Shown here piece after piece: positions 18,995-27,857 of a stretch of DNA of 32,000 bases. The notes below the pieces were generated by a model. The model worked only from the letters and a program-made list of their open reading frames with translations. It did no database searches and was not told where the DNA came from. The DNA is taken from assembly GCA_963699255.1 (NCBI GenBank), contig OY969425.1:210001-242000 (forward strand), read 5' to 3'. The DNA comes from an uncultured bacterium. GTDB taxonomy: Bacteria; Margulisbacteria; WOR-1; CAVSGV01. The stretch's first letter is position 1; each line of letters begins with the position of its first letter. Both the position numbers and the translations under genes were made by a program.

Positions 18995-19081
18995 AAGCTA
19001 AGTAATTAGTTCTTAGTAATTAGTAGTTAGTTAAAATAAACACAAAAATTCAAACTCAATACTCAAGACAAAAGACTAATT
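18995..19081. repeat. AT-rich imperfect inverted repeat beside tRNA-Ser
   Basis: aagtaattagttcttagtaattagtagttag ... caaactcaatactcaagacaaaagactaattactt. Confidence 0.5.
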
Positions 19082-19190
19082 ACTTCGCTTCATCTCACAA
19101 AAATTATGGCATAAAAGGAGGGTTATTGCAAAACAGATTTTGTGTTCATTTGACGCGATGTACAAATAATGTATAATTCAACGCTCATAT

Positions 19191-19799
19191 ATGTCAAAGC
19201 AGAAAAATGATGTCCTGAAAACGATCGCCGAAAGGCACAGCACAAGACAGTTCAGCTCGGAACCCGTATCCGATGAACAGTTGAAACTTATATTGAACGC
19301 CGCCAACCAGGCGCCGTCAGCCCACAATCAGCAATCCTGGCGTTTCATCGTGATAAGCGGTGAAAAGAAAAAAGGGCTGGCGAGTCTCATCGCAGGCAGG
19401 GCTGACCAGTTTCCCAGGGCTTCAGCCGCGCTGCTGAGAATGGCTTCAAGGAGCATAACAAGCGCGCCTGTCGTTATTGCGGTCTCCAATACGGGCGAAC
19501 TGATCCGCCACGGGACTCAGCTTTTCCAGATAGACAGCAAACTGTCCAATGATTTTTTCCGGACAATGGAGATCCAGAGTTCTTCGGCCGCGGTGGAAAA
19601 CCTCTTGATAGCCGCAACCTCGCTCGGCCTGGCGTCCGTATGGCTTGGCATAATGTTCCTGATCAAGGATGAGATCCTGGGATATCTGAACGAACCAAAA
19701 GGGGAATTCATGGCCATAGTGGCCGTTGGGCATCCCGAGAGGCACGGAGTAAGCCCCCAAAAACGGCCGCTTGAAAAGATAGTACGGTTCGTTGAATAA
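19191..19799 (+). CDS. Nitroreductase-family protein
   Basis: LKTIAERHSTRQFSSEPVSDEQLKLILNAANQAPSAHNQQSWRFIVI; ATSLGLASVWLGIM. Confidence 0.88.
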   Translation: MSKQKNDVLKTIAERHSTRQFSSEPVSDEQLKLILNAANQAPSAHNQQSWRFIVISGEKKKGLASLIAGRADQFPRASAALLRMASRSITSAPVVIAVSNTGELIRHGTQLFQIDSKLSNDFFRTMEIQSSSAAVENLLIAATSLGLASVWLGIMFLIKDEILGYLNEPKGEFMAIVAVGHPERHGVSPQKRPLEKIVRFVE

Positions 19800-19914
19800 C
19801 GCAAATACCGCTTGACATATCACACTACCTCCTGTATAATCCCCCAATTAAGAGTCGAGGTTAATGATTTTGTACGTTAGGAATATTTTTAATTTTATAG
19901 AATAGCTTGTGTTT

Positions 19915-19945
19915 ATCCAAGACCCACTTCGTCTTGGATTTTTTG
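19915..19945 (+). terminator. Intrinsic terminator or attenuator upstream of the RRM gene
   Basis: ATCCAAGAC-CCACTTC-GTCTTGGAT (9-bp perfect stem) followed by TTTTTG. Confidence 0.75.
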
Positions 19946-19992
19946 TTTTTAAGAGTCATTAACGAAGAAAGTATGTGTGAGGTGAAAAGTAG

Positions 19993-20283
19993 ATGGCGAA
20001 GAGTTTATTCGTAGGCAACCTTCCCTGGTCAGCGACCGAAGACGAGCTCAAGACAAAGTTCGAAGAGCACGTAAAGGTCATTGCCGCAAGGATCGTAACC
20101 GACAAGTTCTCCGGCAGGTCCAAAGGTTTTGGATTTGTGGAGGTTGACGATGCCGACGCGGAAAAAGCTATTTCTGCAATGAACGGCCAAAAGCTCGGCG
20201 ATCGAGAGATCGTCGTCAATGAGGCCCGTCCAAAGACGGAAAGAAGCGACAGACCGCGCAGGGAATTCGGTTCAAGAATGTAA
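19993..20283 (+). CDS. RRM-type RNA-binding protein
   Basis: KSLFVGNLPWSATEDELKTKF (RNP2); GRSKGFGFVEVDDADAEKAI (RNP1); basic tail. Confidence 0.93.
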   Translation: MAKSLFVGNLPWSATEDELKTKFEEHVKVIAARIVTDKFSGRSKGFGFVEVDDADAEKAISAMNGQKLGDREIVVNEARPKTERSDRPRREFGSRM

Positions 20284-20302
20284 TAGTTACTTTCGCAAAT
20301 TA

Positions 20303-20340
20303 AGGCCTGTTATATTAATTTATAACGGGCCTTTTTGTTT
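20303..20340 (+). terminator. Intrinsic terminator after the RRM gene
   Basis: AGGCCTGTTATA-TTAATT-TATAACGGGCCT (12-bp stem with one G-U) then TTTTGTTT. Confidence 0.88.
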
Positions 20341-20404
20341 GAAAAAAATTGAGATTTGAGACCAGAGATTAGAGACGTGAAAAGGAAATGGTATAATATC
20401 AAAT

Positions 20405-20959
20405 ATGGAAGTCATACTTGCATCAGGTTCACCAAGGCGGGCAGAGCTGCTTAAAAAGATCATCAAGGATTTTAAAATCGTTGTAAGTGATTTTGATGAA
20501 TCACAGCTAGACCATTCCGATCCGGTTACTTTCGCCAAAAAAGCCTCATATGAAAAAGCAAGAGATGTGGCAAGCCGCAACTTCGACGCGCTGGTGATCG
20601 GGGCCGATACCGTCGTTGTGCATAAAGGCAGGATCTACGGAAAACCAAAGGACCTGAAGGAGGCAAAGACGATGCTGAAAACGCTTTCGGGGCGCACTCA
20701 TCAGGTGGTAACGGCGGTGACGCTGTTCAGGCAGGGAAGGTCTGTGACGGGTTATGCGGAAACCGAAGTGACTTTCAATCCCCTTAGCGAAAAGGACATA
20801 GATGATTACCTGAAGGACAAGCATGTGCTCGATAAGGCCGGTTCATACGCTATCCAGGAGATTGGGGATAAGTTCGTCAAAGAGATCAAGGGCGAGCGCG
20901 ATAACGTTGTGGGGCTTCCTGTCGCTCTGTTAAAGGAAATGCTCCGGCTCCTCCAATGA
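20405..20959 (+). CDS. maf: Maf-like nucleoside-triphosphate pyrophosphatase
   Basis: EVILASGSPRRAELLKKI; SYEKARDVA; VIGADTVVVHKGRIYGKPKD; AGSYAIQEIGDKFV. Confidence 0.92.
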   Translation: MEVILASGSPRRAELLKKIIKDFKIVVSDFDESQLDHSDPVTFAKKASYEKARDVASRNFDALVIGADTVVVHKGRIYGKPKDLKEAKTMLKTLSGRTHQVVTAVTLFRQGRSVTGYAETEVTFNPLSEKDIDDYLKDKHVLDKAGSYAIQEIGDKFVKEIKGERDNVVGLPVALLKEMLRLLQ

Positions 20960-21929
20960 TCTCAGGCGTCCTTTCCATGATCGCGATGAGCTGTTCTTTG
21001 GTCACGGCGTTGCCCATGATCCTTCTGATACGGTTGGTATAAGGGGATCCCTTTGCGTACCATTGCGCCACTTTTCTCATGTAGCCGATCTTGCTTTTTT
21101 CTCCCATGCTCCGGTACTTTTCAATATAGCCGATATGCTTCTTTGCGACCTCAAATCTTTCCTCTATCGTTCTTTCGGGCGGGAGCTTGCCTGACCTCAG
21201 ATATTCCTCGATATCATTGAATATCCACGGGTTGCCGTAGGCTCCTCTTGCTGCCATGACGCCGTCGCATCCGGTCGCATCCATCATTTGTTTTGCGAAC
21301 TCCGCGTTCAAAATATTGCCGGATCCGAATACGGGTATTTTCACGGCGTGTTTTACGGTCTTTATCGCTTCAAGGTCGATATCGCCGGAATAGCCCTGGT
21401 CCTGCGTGCGGCCGTGAATGAATATCGCGGAGGCTCCGCTGCCCTCGCATTTTTTAGCGACCTCTTTTATGTGCGGATGGTCTTTTTTATGATAGCCGGA
21501 CCGCAGCTTGACGGTGACGGGCAATCCAAGTTTTGACGACAGTAAATTCAATATTCTGTAAAGGTTCTCCGGCTCCTTCAAGAAGTATGCTCCTGCTTTC
21601 TTTTTTATTATTTTTGGCACGGGGCAGGCGGCGTTGACGTCCAGGAGCTTTACATCGAGCGTTTTAACGAGATGTTTTGCCGCTTCAAGCATCAGCTCGG
21701 GGTCAGAACCTACAAGTTGAGCCGCGATAGGTCTGTCATCCGGAATTGTCTTGATTATGTCGGTTCCTTTTTTATTGCCGTATATAATGGAGTTGCAGTC
21801 GATCATCTCGAAGAAAGCGAATTTTGCCCCGTGTTCGCGGCAGATAAGCCGGAAAGGAAGGTCTGTGACGCCGGCCATGGGTGACATGAAAACGTTCGCG
21901 TCTATTTTGTAGCTGCCTATAGTGACCAT
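20886..21929 (-). CDS. dus: tRNA-dihydrouridine synthase
   Basis: VFMSPMAGVTDLPFRLICREHGA; LDVNAACPVPKIIKKKAGAYFL; VTVKLRSGY; IFIHGRTQDQGYSG; ARGAYGNPWIF. Track start is 21995; MVTIGSYKIDANVF at 21929 is more typical. Confidence 0.92.
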   Translation of the reverse strand: MVTIGSYKIDANVFMSPMAGVTDLPFRLICREHGAKFAFFEMIDCNSIIYGNKKGTDIIKTIPDDRPIAAQLVGSDPELMLEAAKHLVKTLDVKLLDVNAACPVPKIIKKKAGAYFLKEPENLYRILNLLSSKLGLPVTVKLRSGYHKKDHPHIKEVAKKCEGSGASAIFIHGRTQDQGYSGDIDLEAIKTVKHAVKIPVFGSGNILNAEFAKQMMDATGCDGVMAARGAYGNPWIFNDIEEYLRSGKLPPERTIEERFEVAKKHIGYIEKYRSMGEKSKIGYMRKVAQWYAKGSPYTNRIRRIMGNAVTKEQLIAIMERTPEIIGGAGAFPLTERQEAPQRYRARP

Positions 21930-22074
21930 TGATTTTATTATAGCATTTTGAATTTGGGATGCGAAGAGATGACGAGGTGAAGAGTTTAGAGGCAAAATTG
22001 AAAAAGGGTAGGGCGTATGAGATAATTCGGGCTATCTGATAATCTGATATACTGATATTCTGATGGTCTGACAT

Positions 22075-22161
22075 GGAGAGGTGGCCGAGTGGTTTAAGGC
22101 GGTAGTCTTGAAAACTACTGTACTGGAAACAGTACCGGGGGTTCGAATCCCTCCCTCTCCG
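22075..22161 (+). tRNA. tRNA-Ser(TGA)
   Basis: GGAGAGGTGGCCGAGTGGTTTAAGGCGGTAGTCTTGAAAACTAC...GGGGGTTCGAATCCCTCCCTCTCCG; anticodon TGA, long variable arm. Confidence 0.95.
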
Positions 22162-22257
22162 GTTAAGTAATTAGTTTGAGTTTGAGTATAGAGTCTTGAG
22201 CAACGCAGAAATCAAAAACTCATTACTCAAGACTAAAGACTCAAACTATATATAAAA
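22162..22257. repeat. Imperfect inverted repeat directly after tRNA-Ser
   Basis: tagtttgagtttgagtatagagtcttgag ... ctcaagactaaagactcaaacta. Confidence 0.65.
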
Positions 22258-22272
22258 ATAGGCGTGATCTTT

Positions 22273-22821
22273 ATGAAAGAGTTTCCGATCTCCAAAGTCT
22301 TCCATCTTATCGAGCCGGGGCCGGTCGTGCTTTTGACGACCGCCAAAAAAGAGCGCGCCAACGTCATGACGATGAGCTGGCACATGATGGTAGAATTCGA
22401 GCCTGCGCTGATAGCCTGTGTCGTGAGTCCCAATGATTACAGCTATGCTGCGCTGCTCTCCACAAAAGAATGCGTTATTTCCATCCCCGCAGTCGACCTT
22501 ATTTCCAAAGTTGTCGACATAGGCAACTGCTCGGGCAAAGACGCGGATAAATTCGATCGGTTCGGCCTTACTCCGCTTCCGGCCGAAAAAGTATCGGCAC
22601 CGCTGGTGAAGGAGTGTCTTGCCAATATTGAATGCAAAGTAGTGGATACGACAATGGTGCGCAAATACGCCATCTTCATATTGAGCGCGGTTAAGGCATG
22701 GGTGGACCCAAGCCGCAAGGAACGCAGGACGTTTCATGCCAATGGGGATGGGACATTTGTGGTAGATGGAAAGACAGTGAACCTTAAAAAGAAGATGACC
22801 AAGTTCCAATCCATGTTGTGA
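22273..22821 (+). CDS. Flavin reductase-like (FMN-binding split barrel) protein
   Basis: PVVLLTTAKKERANVMTMSWHMMVEFEPALIACVVSPNDYSYAALLSTKECVISIP. Confidence 0.85.
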   Translation: MKEFPISKVFHLIEPGPVVLLTTAKKERANVMTMSWHMMVEFEPALIACVVSPNDYSYAALLSTKECVISIPAVDLISKVVDIGNCSGKDADKFDRFGLTPLPAEKVSAPLVKECLANIECKVVDTTMVRKYAIFILSAVKAWVDPSRKERRTFHANGDGTFVVDGKTVNLKKKMTKFQSML

Positions 22822-23019
22822 TATGTCTAAAAGGGATCGAATAATATTCTATCTCTTTATCTGCTCCAAATGCCTTCAAAGTTTTTTCAGTATTGATTAA
22901 CACACTTCTTACTTCTTATTTCCATACCGGCTTCTTAACCGTCACCCAGCTTCTCTCTTCAACAGTAGCTGTTGTTTTTCAATGAAACGCTGTGGTATAA
23001 TTTCTTCTCAAGGTGAATT

Positions 23020-23556
23020 TTGATGGAATCTGACCGGTCCCGGGAAGGTTTTGAATCCAAAGTCCTGGTTTTAAATTCGACTTTCTTGCCCATAAATATA
23101 TGCAGCTGGAAAAGAGCGATGATACTTGTTTTTAAGGGTAAGGCTGAAAGCATCGAGAACAGCAAAAAATATGTTAACAGCGGGAAATATGTGCTTCCGC
23201 TTGTTATAAAGCTCAGGGGCTATATCCCGCTCCCTTATAACGGGGTTGTGTTTACCAGGAAGAATATTTTTTTAAGGGATAATTACACTTGCCAGTATTG
23301 CAGGAAGAGCAATAATCTGACGATAGACCATGTTATCCCTACGTCGCGCGGCGGGGAGGATGTCTGGGAGAATGTGGTCACCTGTTGCGTAAGGTGCAAC
23401 AATAAAAAGGGCGACAGGCTTCTGGAGGAAGTTGACATGAAGCTTACGAACATCCCGTACAAGCCGCCTTCGGGTTTGTATTTGCAGGTTACTAGACAGA
23501 CGTCCGTTCCAAGCAGCTGGTTCTCTTATTTTTTCAAGAAATCGGCGAGTAATTAA
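23020..23556 (+). CDS. HNH endonuclease
   Basis: LRDNYTCQYCRKSNNLTIDHVIPTSRGGEDVWENVVTCCVRCNNKKGDRL with two CxxC motifs. Confidence 0.88.
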   Translation: MMESDRSREGFESKVLVLNSTFLPINICSWKRAMILVFKGKAESIENSKKYVNSGKYVLPLVIKLRGYIPLPYNGVVFTRKNIFLRDNYTCQYCRKSNNLTIDHVIPTSRGGEDVWENVVTCCVRCNNKKGDRLLEEVDMKLTNIPYKPPSGLYLQVTRQTSVPSSWFSYFFKKSASN

Positions 23557-23602
23557 GAAAGATAGTCGATATTATCTTTAAACGAAGACAATTAAATCGG
23601 GG

Positions 23603-23643
23603 AGCAGCCCCGACGAAGTCGGGACGTTGAGGGCGAAGCCCTC
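23603..23643. repeat. Tandem GAA-loop mini-hairpins
   Basis: CCCGAC-GAA-GTCGGG (23609-23623) and GAGGGC-GAA-GCCCTC (23629-23643). Confidence 0.6.
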
Positions 23644-23681
23644 AAAAGTGGAAACCAAGAAGCCCCCTTACTTTAGGACGG

Positions 23682-23757
23682 GGCGCGGTAGCTCAGTCGG
23701 TAGAGCAGCGGCCTGAAAAGCCGCGTGTCGCCGGTTCGATTCCGGCCTGCGCCACCA
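23682..23757 (+). tRNA. tRNA-Phe(GAA)
   Basis: GGCGCGGTAGCTCAGTCGGTAGAGCAGCGGCCTGAAAAGCCGCGTGTCGCCGGTTCGATTCCGGCCTGCGCCACCA; CCA encoded. Confidence 0.96.
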
Positions 23758-23868
23758 TTTTTCTTTCGGAAAAATGGAATGACAAATGTCCAATGACAAA
23801 TGTCAAATGATTGATTTGATTTTTGAATTTAATTTGTCATTTGCAATTGGGGTTTTGTCATTTCGAGT
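23758..23868. repeat. AT-rich repeat of the AAATGACAAAT family between tRNA-Phe and tRNA-Lys
   Basis: aatgacaaatgtccaatgacaaatgtcaaatg ... aatttgtcatttgcaatt...tttgtcattt. Confidence 0.6.
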
Positions 23869-23889
23869 CCCGCTATGGCGGGACAAGTT

Positions 23890-23962
23890 GGGCCGCTAGC
23901 TCATTTGGTAGAGCACCTGCCTTTTAAGCAGGTGGTGCCGGGTTCGAACCCCGGGCGGCTCA
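23890..23962 (+). tRNA. tRNA-Lys(TTT)
   Basis: GGGCCGCTAGCTCATTTGGTAGAGCACCTGCCTTTTAAGCAGGTGGTGCCGGGTTCGAACCCCGGGCGGCTCA. Confidence 0.95.
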
Positions 23963-24000
23963 GTTCTCTTTCCGATAAGCGTGTGCATAAGGGGGACACA

Positions 24001-25401
24001 ATGAAAAAACGGTACTTTGTGATCGGGGTCATTGTTTCAGCGCTTGTTTCTCTGGCTTTGATCACCGGCTGCGGGACCAACCCCACAGGAGGCGGGGGAG
24101 GGGGCGGCGGCGGTTTACCGGTCAAATATGCAAATTATATCTGGGTTTCAAATACAGGATCCGATGACGCCGGAACAGGCACAAGTGAAGCCTGTGCGTA
24201 CCAGACCATTAACCACGCTTTAAGCGTTGCCACGCCGGAAACGCTTATACGCGTTGTGGATGGTCTTTACACAGAACATCTTATCTGGCCTACAACTAAG
24301 ACCGTATGCATCAGCGGCGAATCCAGGGACGGGACCATAATTTCCAGCGATGCGACCGTCAGATGCATTGATATCGGGCCAGGTTCCGCGACAAACCAGA
24401 CAATAACGATGGAATCGCTGACCATAACCAATGGTTGTCCCCCCTCAGGTTTAGGGAACAACGGTGGCGGTATATTTATTGATCAAAGCGACATTAACCT
24501 CAGCCTAAAGAACGTTGCAATGACATACAACAGGGTTGACACAACAGTAGATGATCGAGGCGGCGCCATATACGGCGAGTACAATACGGACAGCGTTATC
24601 GCGGAAAACTGTATTTTTTCATCTAATGAGGCTTACTCGGGAGGCGCGATCTTTTTGCAGGCGGCCGGAGCGTCAGATACGAATATTTTAAAAGCGAAAA
24701 ATTGCATATTCTTTGGCAACTCAGCCCGGTATCAAGCCGGGGCTGTATTTGCGCCGTATGTTCTGCTTGAAGCAAGTGCTTTCTACGATAACTCAGCGAC
24801 ATATCCTGGTGGCTCTGATTATAGTAATTCAGGCGCCGCATACATCATGGACGGCGGGCTTATCGTAAACTGCGTTTTTTATAATAATACAGTAACAGGA
24901 TCAGGCAGCATTCAAGTTAACGGCGGAGCAATAAGGTTTGATGATAATGCGATACTTGAAGTAGTCAACTGCACCATTGTTTCAAATGAGGTAATAGGGT
25001 CAACAGCTGGTTATGGCGGCGGTATTAGTTATGCCAGCGCTGCTAACCCATTGCTGAAAGTAAAGAATTGCATTGTCTGGGGCAATATGGCCGCATCTTC
25101 CCCTGAGGTTGCTTCTTATTCTACTTACCCGACGGTTGGGCCTACCTGTAAAGTGTCATATTCTGACATAAAAGGCGGGTATGCGGGAAAAGGGAATGTG
25201 AACATCAATCCAATATTTGTCGGGACAATACCATATAGCAGTGTAGAGGCCTTTAAATTGTCGTCAAGCTCTACAACTAAAGTCACTCACGGCGGAACAA
25301 TGTCAGGCGCTCCGTCCAGGGATTATTCTGGAAAAGCCAGGGGGGTGCCGTCTATAGTGGGATCGATCCAGTTTTATTCAATGGGAGCGTTCGAGTATTA
25401 A
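24001..25401 (+). CDS. Lipoprotein with polyglycine linker and right-handed beta-helix repeats
   Basis: MKKRYFVIGVIVSALVSLALITGCGTNPTGGGGGGGGG; then repeated ...NCIFSSNEAYSGGAIFLQ..., ...NCIFFGNSARYQAGAVF..., ...NCVFYNNTV...GGAIRF... rungs. SD AAGGGGG upstream of ATG 24001; the upstream 42 codons of the track ORF read through tRNA-Lys. Confidence 0.85.
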   Translation: MKKRYFVIGVIVSALVSLALITGCGTNPTGGGGGGGGGLPVKYANYIWVSNTGSDDAGTGTSEACAYQTINHALSVATPETLIRVVDGLYTEHLIWPTTKTVCISGESRDGTIISSDATVRCIDIGPGSATNQTITMESLTITNGCPPSGLGNNGGGIFIDQSDINLSLKNVAMTYNRVDTTVDDRGGAIYGEYNTDSVIAENCIFSSNEAYSGGAIFLQAAGASDTNILKAKNCIFFGNSARYQAGAVFAPYVLLEASAFYDNSATYPGGSDYSNSGAAYIMDGGLIVNCVFYNNTVTGSGSIQVNGGAIRFDDNAILEVVNCTIVSNEVIGSTAGYGGGISYASAANPLLKVKNCIVWGNMAASSPEVASYSTYPTVGPTCKVSYSDIKGGYAGKGNVNINPIFVGTIPYSSVEAFKLSSSSTTKVTHGGTMSGAPSRDYSGKARGVPSIVGSIQFYSMGAFEY

Positions 25402-25422
25402 GGGGATATCGGGAGCTTAATT

Positions 25423-26775
25423 TCACTTTCCCGGATCGAGCTTGCTGACGACCTTACGCAATTCATCCATAAGCGGATGATCCATGACATTTTTGCCTAA
25501 GTGGTGCGCCTCTAATATTCCGTTTATCTGATCTTCCGCTAATATATCAATGCCGTAGTTGCGACGCTGCGTGTCATAGAAATACCCGTCAAGGAAAAGC
25601 TTGGCAATATCGATCCCAAAGATTTGGCGCAGCGTGAAAAGAAGATTATCGTTCAGATGTACCCTGCAGCCGTACCAGACGAATCCTCTGATCTGATTCG
25701 CGCGGTAAGCTATGTTCTGGATCAGCGTTGTTCCGTTGATGTTCATGCCGGCCTCAAAATCAGGGATCGTAATGTTCATATTGTCCTTAACAAGGATATT
25801 GCCCGGATGCAATGCACCCTGAGTTATTCCTATATCGTGGATTTCGCGATAAGTCCGTCCGACATTTGAAAATAATGTCATGATGGTACCTCTGTTACGT
25901 GCGGTCTTATATGGGGCTAGCTTGATCATATAACTACCATTTTCTGCTTTTCCTTCGCCAACCAGATCGGCAAAAGCAGAGCGCAGGTCGGTCTCATTTC
26001 CTTCCATTCCGTGGATAACGAATCCAAGAGGTTCGTCATTATAAACCACATCGTTGAAATGCCCCTGTCCCAATGGGCATACGACTTTACCTTCTTTTTT
26101 AAAAGCGAAGTCCATCAATGAGAATTCATTCTCGGCTGATTTCAGGTCCATTGCTCCCCTTGGTTTATACGGTTCTTGTATCTGCGCCGCTACTTTTCCA
26201 TCAGGACCGAAAACAGTGGATATCCAGGGAGGCATGTCCGTGAAAGGAGAGAGCGTTTTGTCCGCGTCAAAGCAAACCCCCTTAAGCTTTATCTGGCGTA
26301 TTATCCTTCCTCCTATGCTGACGGGCTCAGGCAGGTTAAAGTACAAGCTCCGTCCCGCCATATTGTCATAATCCAAGCCTGCGGACAGATCGCTGAAGTT
26401 CCAACCCAGGACGTGCATGACCCTGACTATTGCGAGCAGTGGAAGCGAAGAGTAAATTTCATCGGGAACAGACAACTCAAACCTTCGATTGCCTTTGACG
26501 TCCAATTTATTCCATAGATGCTCGATACCGGCGACCGCTTTTTCGGCGTCAATGAGGCTGATCCCTCCATGATCGAAAAGCGACGCAAATCCCCGTGCTT
26601 TATTATTGAGGCCGTCGCGTCGCTGAATGATATACTTTATGCGGCTCAGTTGTTCATCAGTAATATTTTTAACAACCTGATGAGGCAGTTTGGATGCCGA
26701 TATGCTTTGCCGCAATAATGAGAAGCTCTTGGCGACCATAGTTCTTTCGGAAATTACAGGCATTGAATCTTGCAC
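25423..26775 (-). CDS. Protein-kinase/APH-fold-like protein with altered catalytic loop, function unknown
   Basis: GRTYREIHDIGITQGALHPGNILVKDNMNITIPDFEAG resembles the catalytic and metal-binding loops of APH/ABC1-type kinases (HGDLHPGNI...IDFD). Confidence 0.55.
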   Translation of the reverse strand: MQDSMPVISERTMVAKSFSLLRQSISASKLPHQVVKNITDEQLSRIKYIIQRRDGLNNKARGFASLFDHGGISLIDAEKAVAGIEHLWNKLDVKGNRRFELSVPDEIYSSLPLLAIVRVMHVLGWNFSDLSAGLDYDNMAGRSLYFNLPEPVSIGGRIIRQIKLKGVCFDADKTLSPFTDMPPWISTVFGPDGKVAAQIQEPYKPRGAMDLKSAENEFSLMDFAFKKEGKVVCPLGQGHFNDVVYNDEPLGFVIHGMEGNETDLRSAFADLVGEGKAENGSYMIKLAPYKTARNRGTIMTLFSNVGRTYREIHDIGITQGALHPGNILVKDNMNITIPDFEAGMNINGTTLIQNIAYRANQIRGFVWYGCRVHLNDNLLFTLRQIFGIDIAKLFLDGYFYDTQRRNYGIDILAEDQINGILEAHHLGKNVMDHPLMDELRKVVSKLDPGK

Positions 26776-26926
26776 TCCTTTGCTGTTTACACATTAATAT
26801 CGCGTTTTTCGCGATAAAATTTCATTATTTGGATATGTTCTGATGATTTCCGCTGAACTATGCGAAGGAAGATCCCGGGCGGATCGATTTCGTTATTATT
26901 TATTGGATTAATATATAGTAATAAAA

Positions 26927-27691
26927 TTATTTCTGCAGGATACTGTTAGGACTAGGAAAGGGGGGACATATACTGCTGAAGGAATTGAATAGTTTGGCAG
27001 GTTCGAGAGTGCCTGTTTCTTCGTCCAGGGAGAAAAAGAATCCGCCGGGCTTCAGGATCCTGTGAACCTCACTTAAGACCTTTTCCATAAAAGGCGTGAT
27101 CTTTTCGCAAAAAAGCATTGACATATATCCGTAATTCAGAAAATTATAAGAGACGGCTATATCAAATGAATTGTCATGAAAACAATTCATGTCGCTCGCG
27201 TCCCCGACGATAAAATTGAGACCGCCTTGTTTTGCGTATTCCACTGCCGCCTCATTTTTGTCGATGCCGAATGTATTTGCGTCGTATTGATAATGCAGGA
27301 AATGCATATACGGACCCCAGTTCGGCGCGATCTGCAGAACATTTTTACCTTTTAACGCTTTAAGTCCGTGAAATTCCGATATTGCTGCATGAATGCCCGC
27401 GAAAATGATAGGTTCCGTATTGTAATCGATCGGCTTGAAATAGGGGGAAAAGAGGATCTTTTTTGCTAGAAGCTCATTTCCTTTCTGGACCGCTTCCTTG
27501 AATTCTTCATGCATCAAAAAAGAACTATTTTTAAGATCGCCAAAGTTTGTTACGCCAAGCAATTTTGATATCCCTTTTTCGGCGTTCGCCACAAAAGGGG
27601 GGTTATAACGCGAAAGCCTGGAAAGGGAATGCCCGAGATTGCGAGCTATGCCATCGGAACATGGTATCCTGTTTATAGAGATTCCGGCCAT
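26927..27691 (-). CDS. Class I SAM-dependent methyltransferase
   Basis: LKGKNVLQIAPNWGPYMHFLHYQYDANTFGIDKNEAAVEYAKQGGLNFIVGDASDMNCFHDNSFDIAVSYNFLN...EVHRILKPGGFFFS. Confidence 0.82.
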   Translation of the reverse strand: MAGISINRIPCSDGIARNLGHSLSRLSRYNPPFVANAEKGISKLLGVTNFGDLKNSSFLMHEEFKEAVQKGNELLAKKILFSPYFKPIDYNTEPIIFAGIHAAISEFHGLKALKGKNVLQIAPNWGPYMHFLHYQYDANTFGIDKNEAAVEYAKQGGLNFIVGDASDMNCFHDNSFDIAVSYNFLNYGYMSMLFCEKITPFMEKVLSEVHRILKPGGFFFSLDEETGTLEPAKLFNSFSSICPPFPSPNSILQK

Positions 27692-27857
27692 ATTAGGGTC
27701 TCACCTCATGTATTTATCGTAAAAAACGCTGAAGAATCCCAGACTTTCGGGATATTAACTCAAAGAACATAAGCGGCGGTCACGAGGGACGAGAGAGGAG
27801 AGTGCCGGACAGCTTATTTTCGTTCTTAGGCTTTGGTCCAATATACGGGATGGGAAG

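Noticed and set aside
22246-22809. 187-aa minus-strand ORF opposite the flavin reductase
   Set aside because: Long but antisense; the plus frame has clear family motifs.
22822-23019. Possible gene or pseudogene remnant between flavin reductase and HNH genes
   Set aside because: No ORF with motifs and no convincing similarity to neighbours visible by eye.
23875-24000. N-terminal 42 codons of the 508-aa ORF (MAGQVGPLAHLVEHLPFKQVVPGSNPGRLSS)
   Set aside because: These codons read through tRNA-Lys; the signal peptide and SD support a start at 24001.
23901-24125. Minus-strand proline-rich ORF (PPPPPPPPPVG...SRPGFEPGTTCLKGRCSTK)
   Set aside because: Antisense of the polyglycine linker plus antisense of tRNA-Lys.
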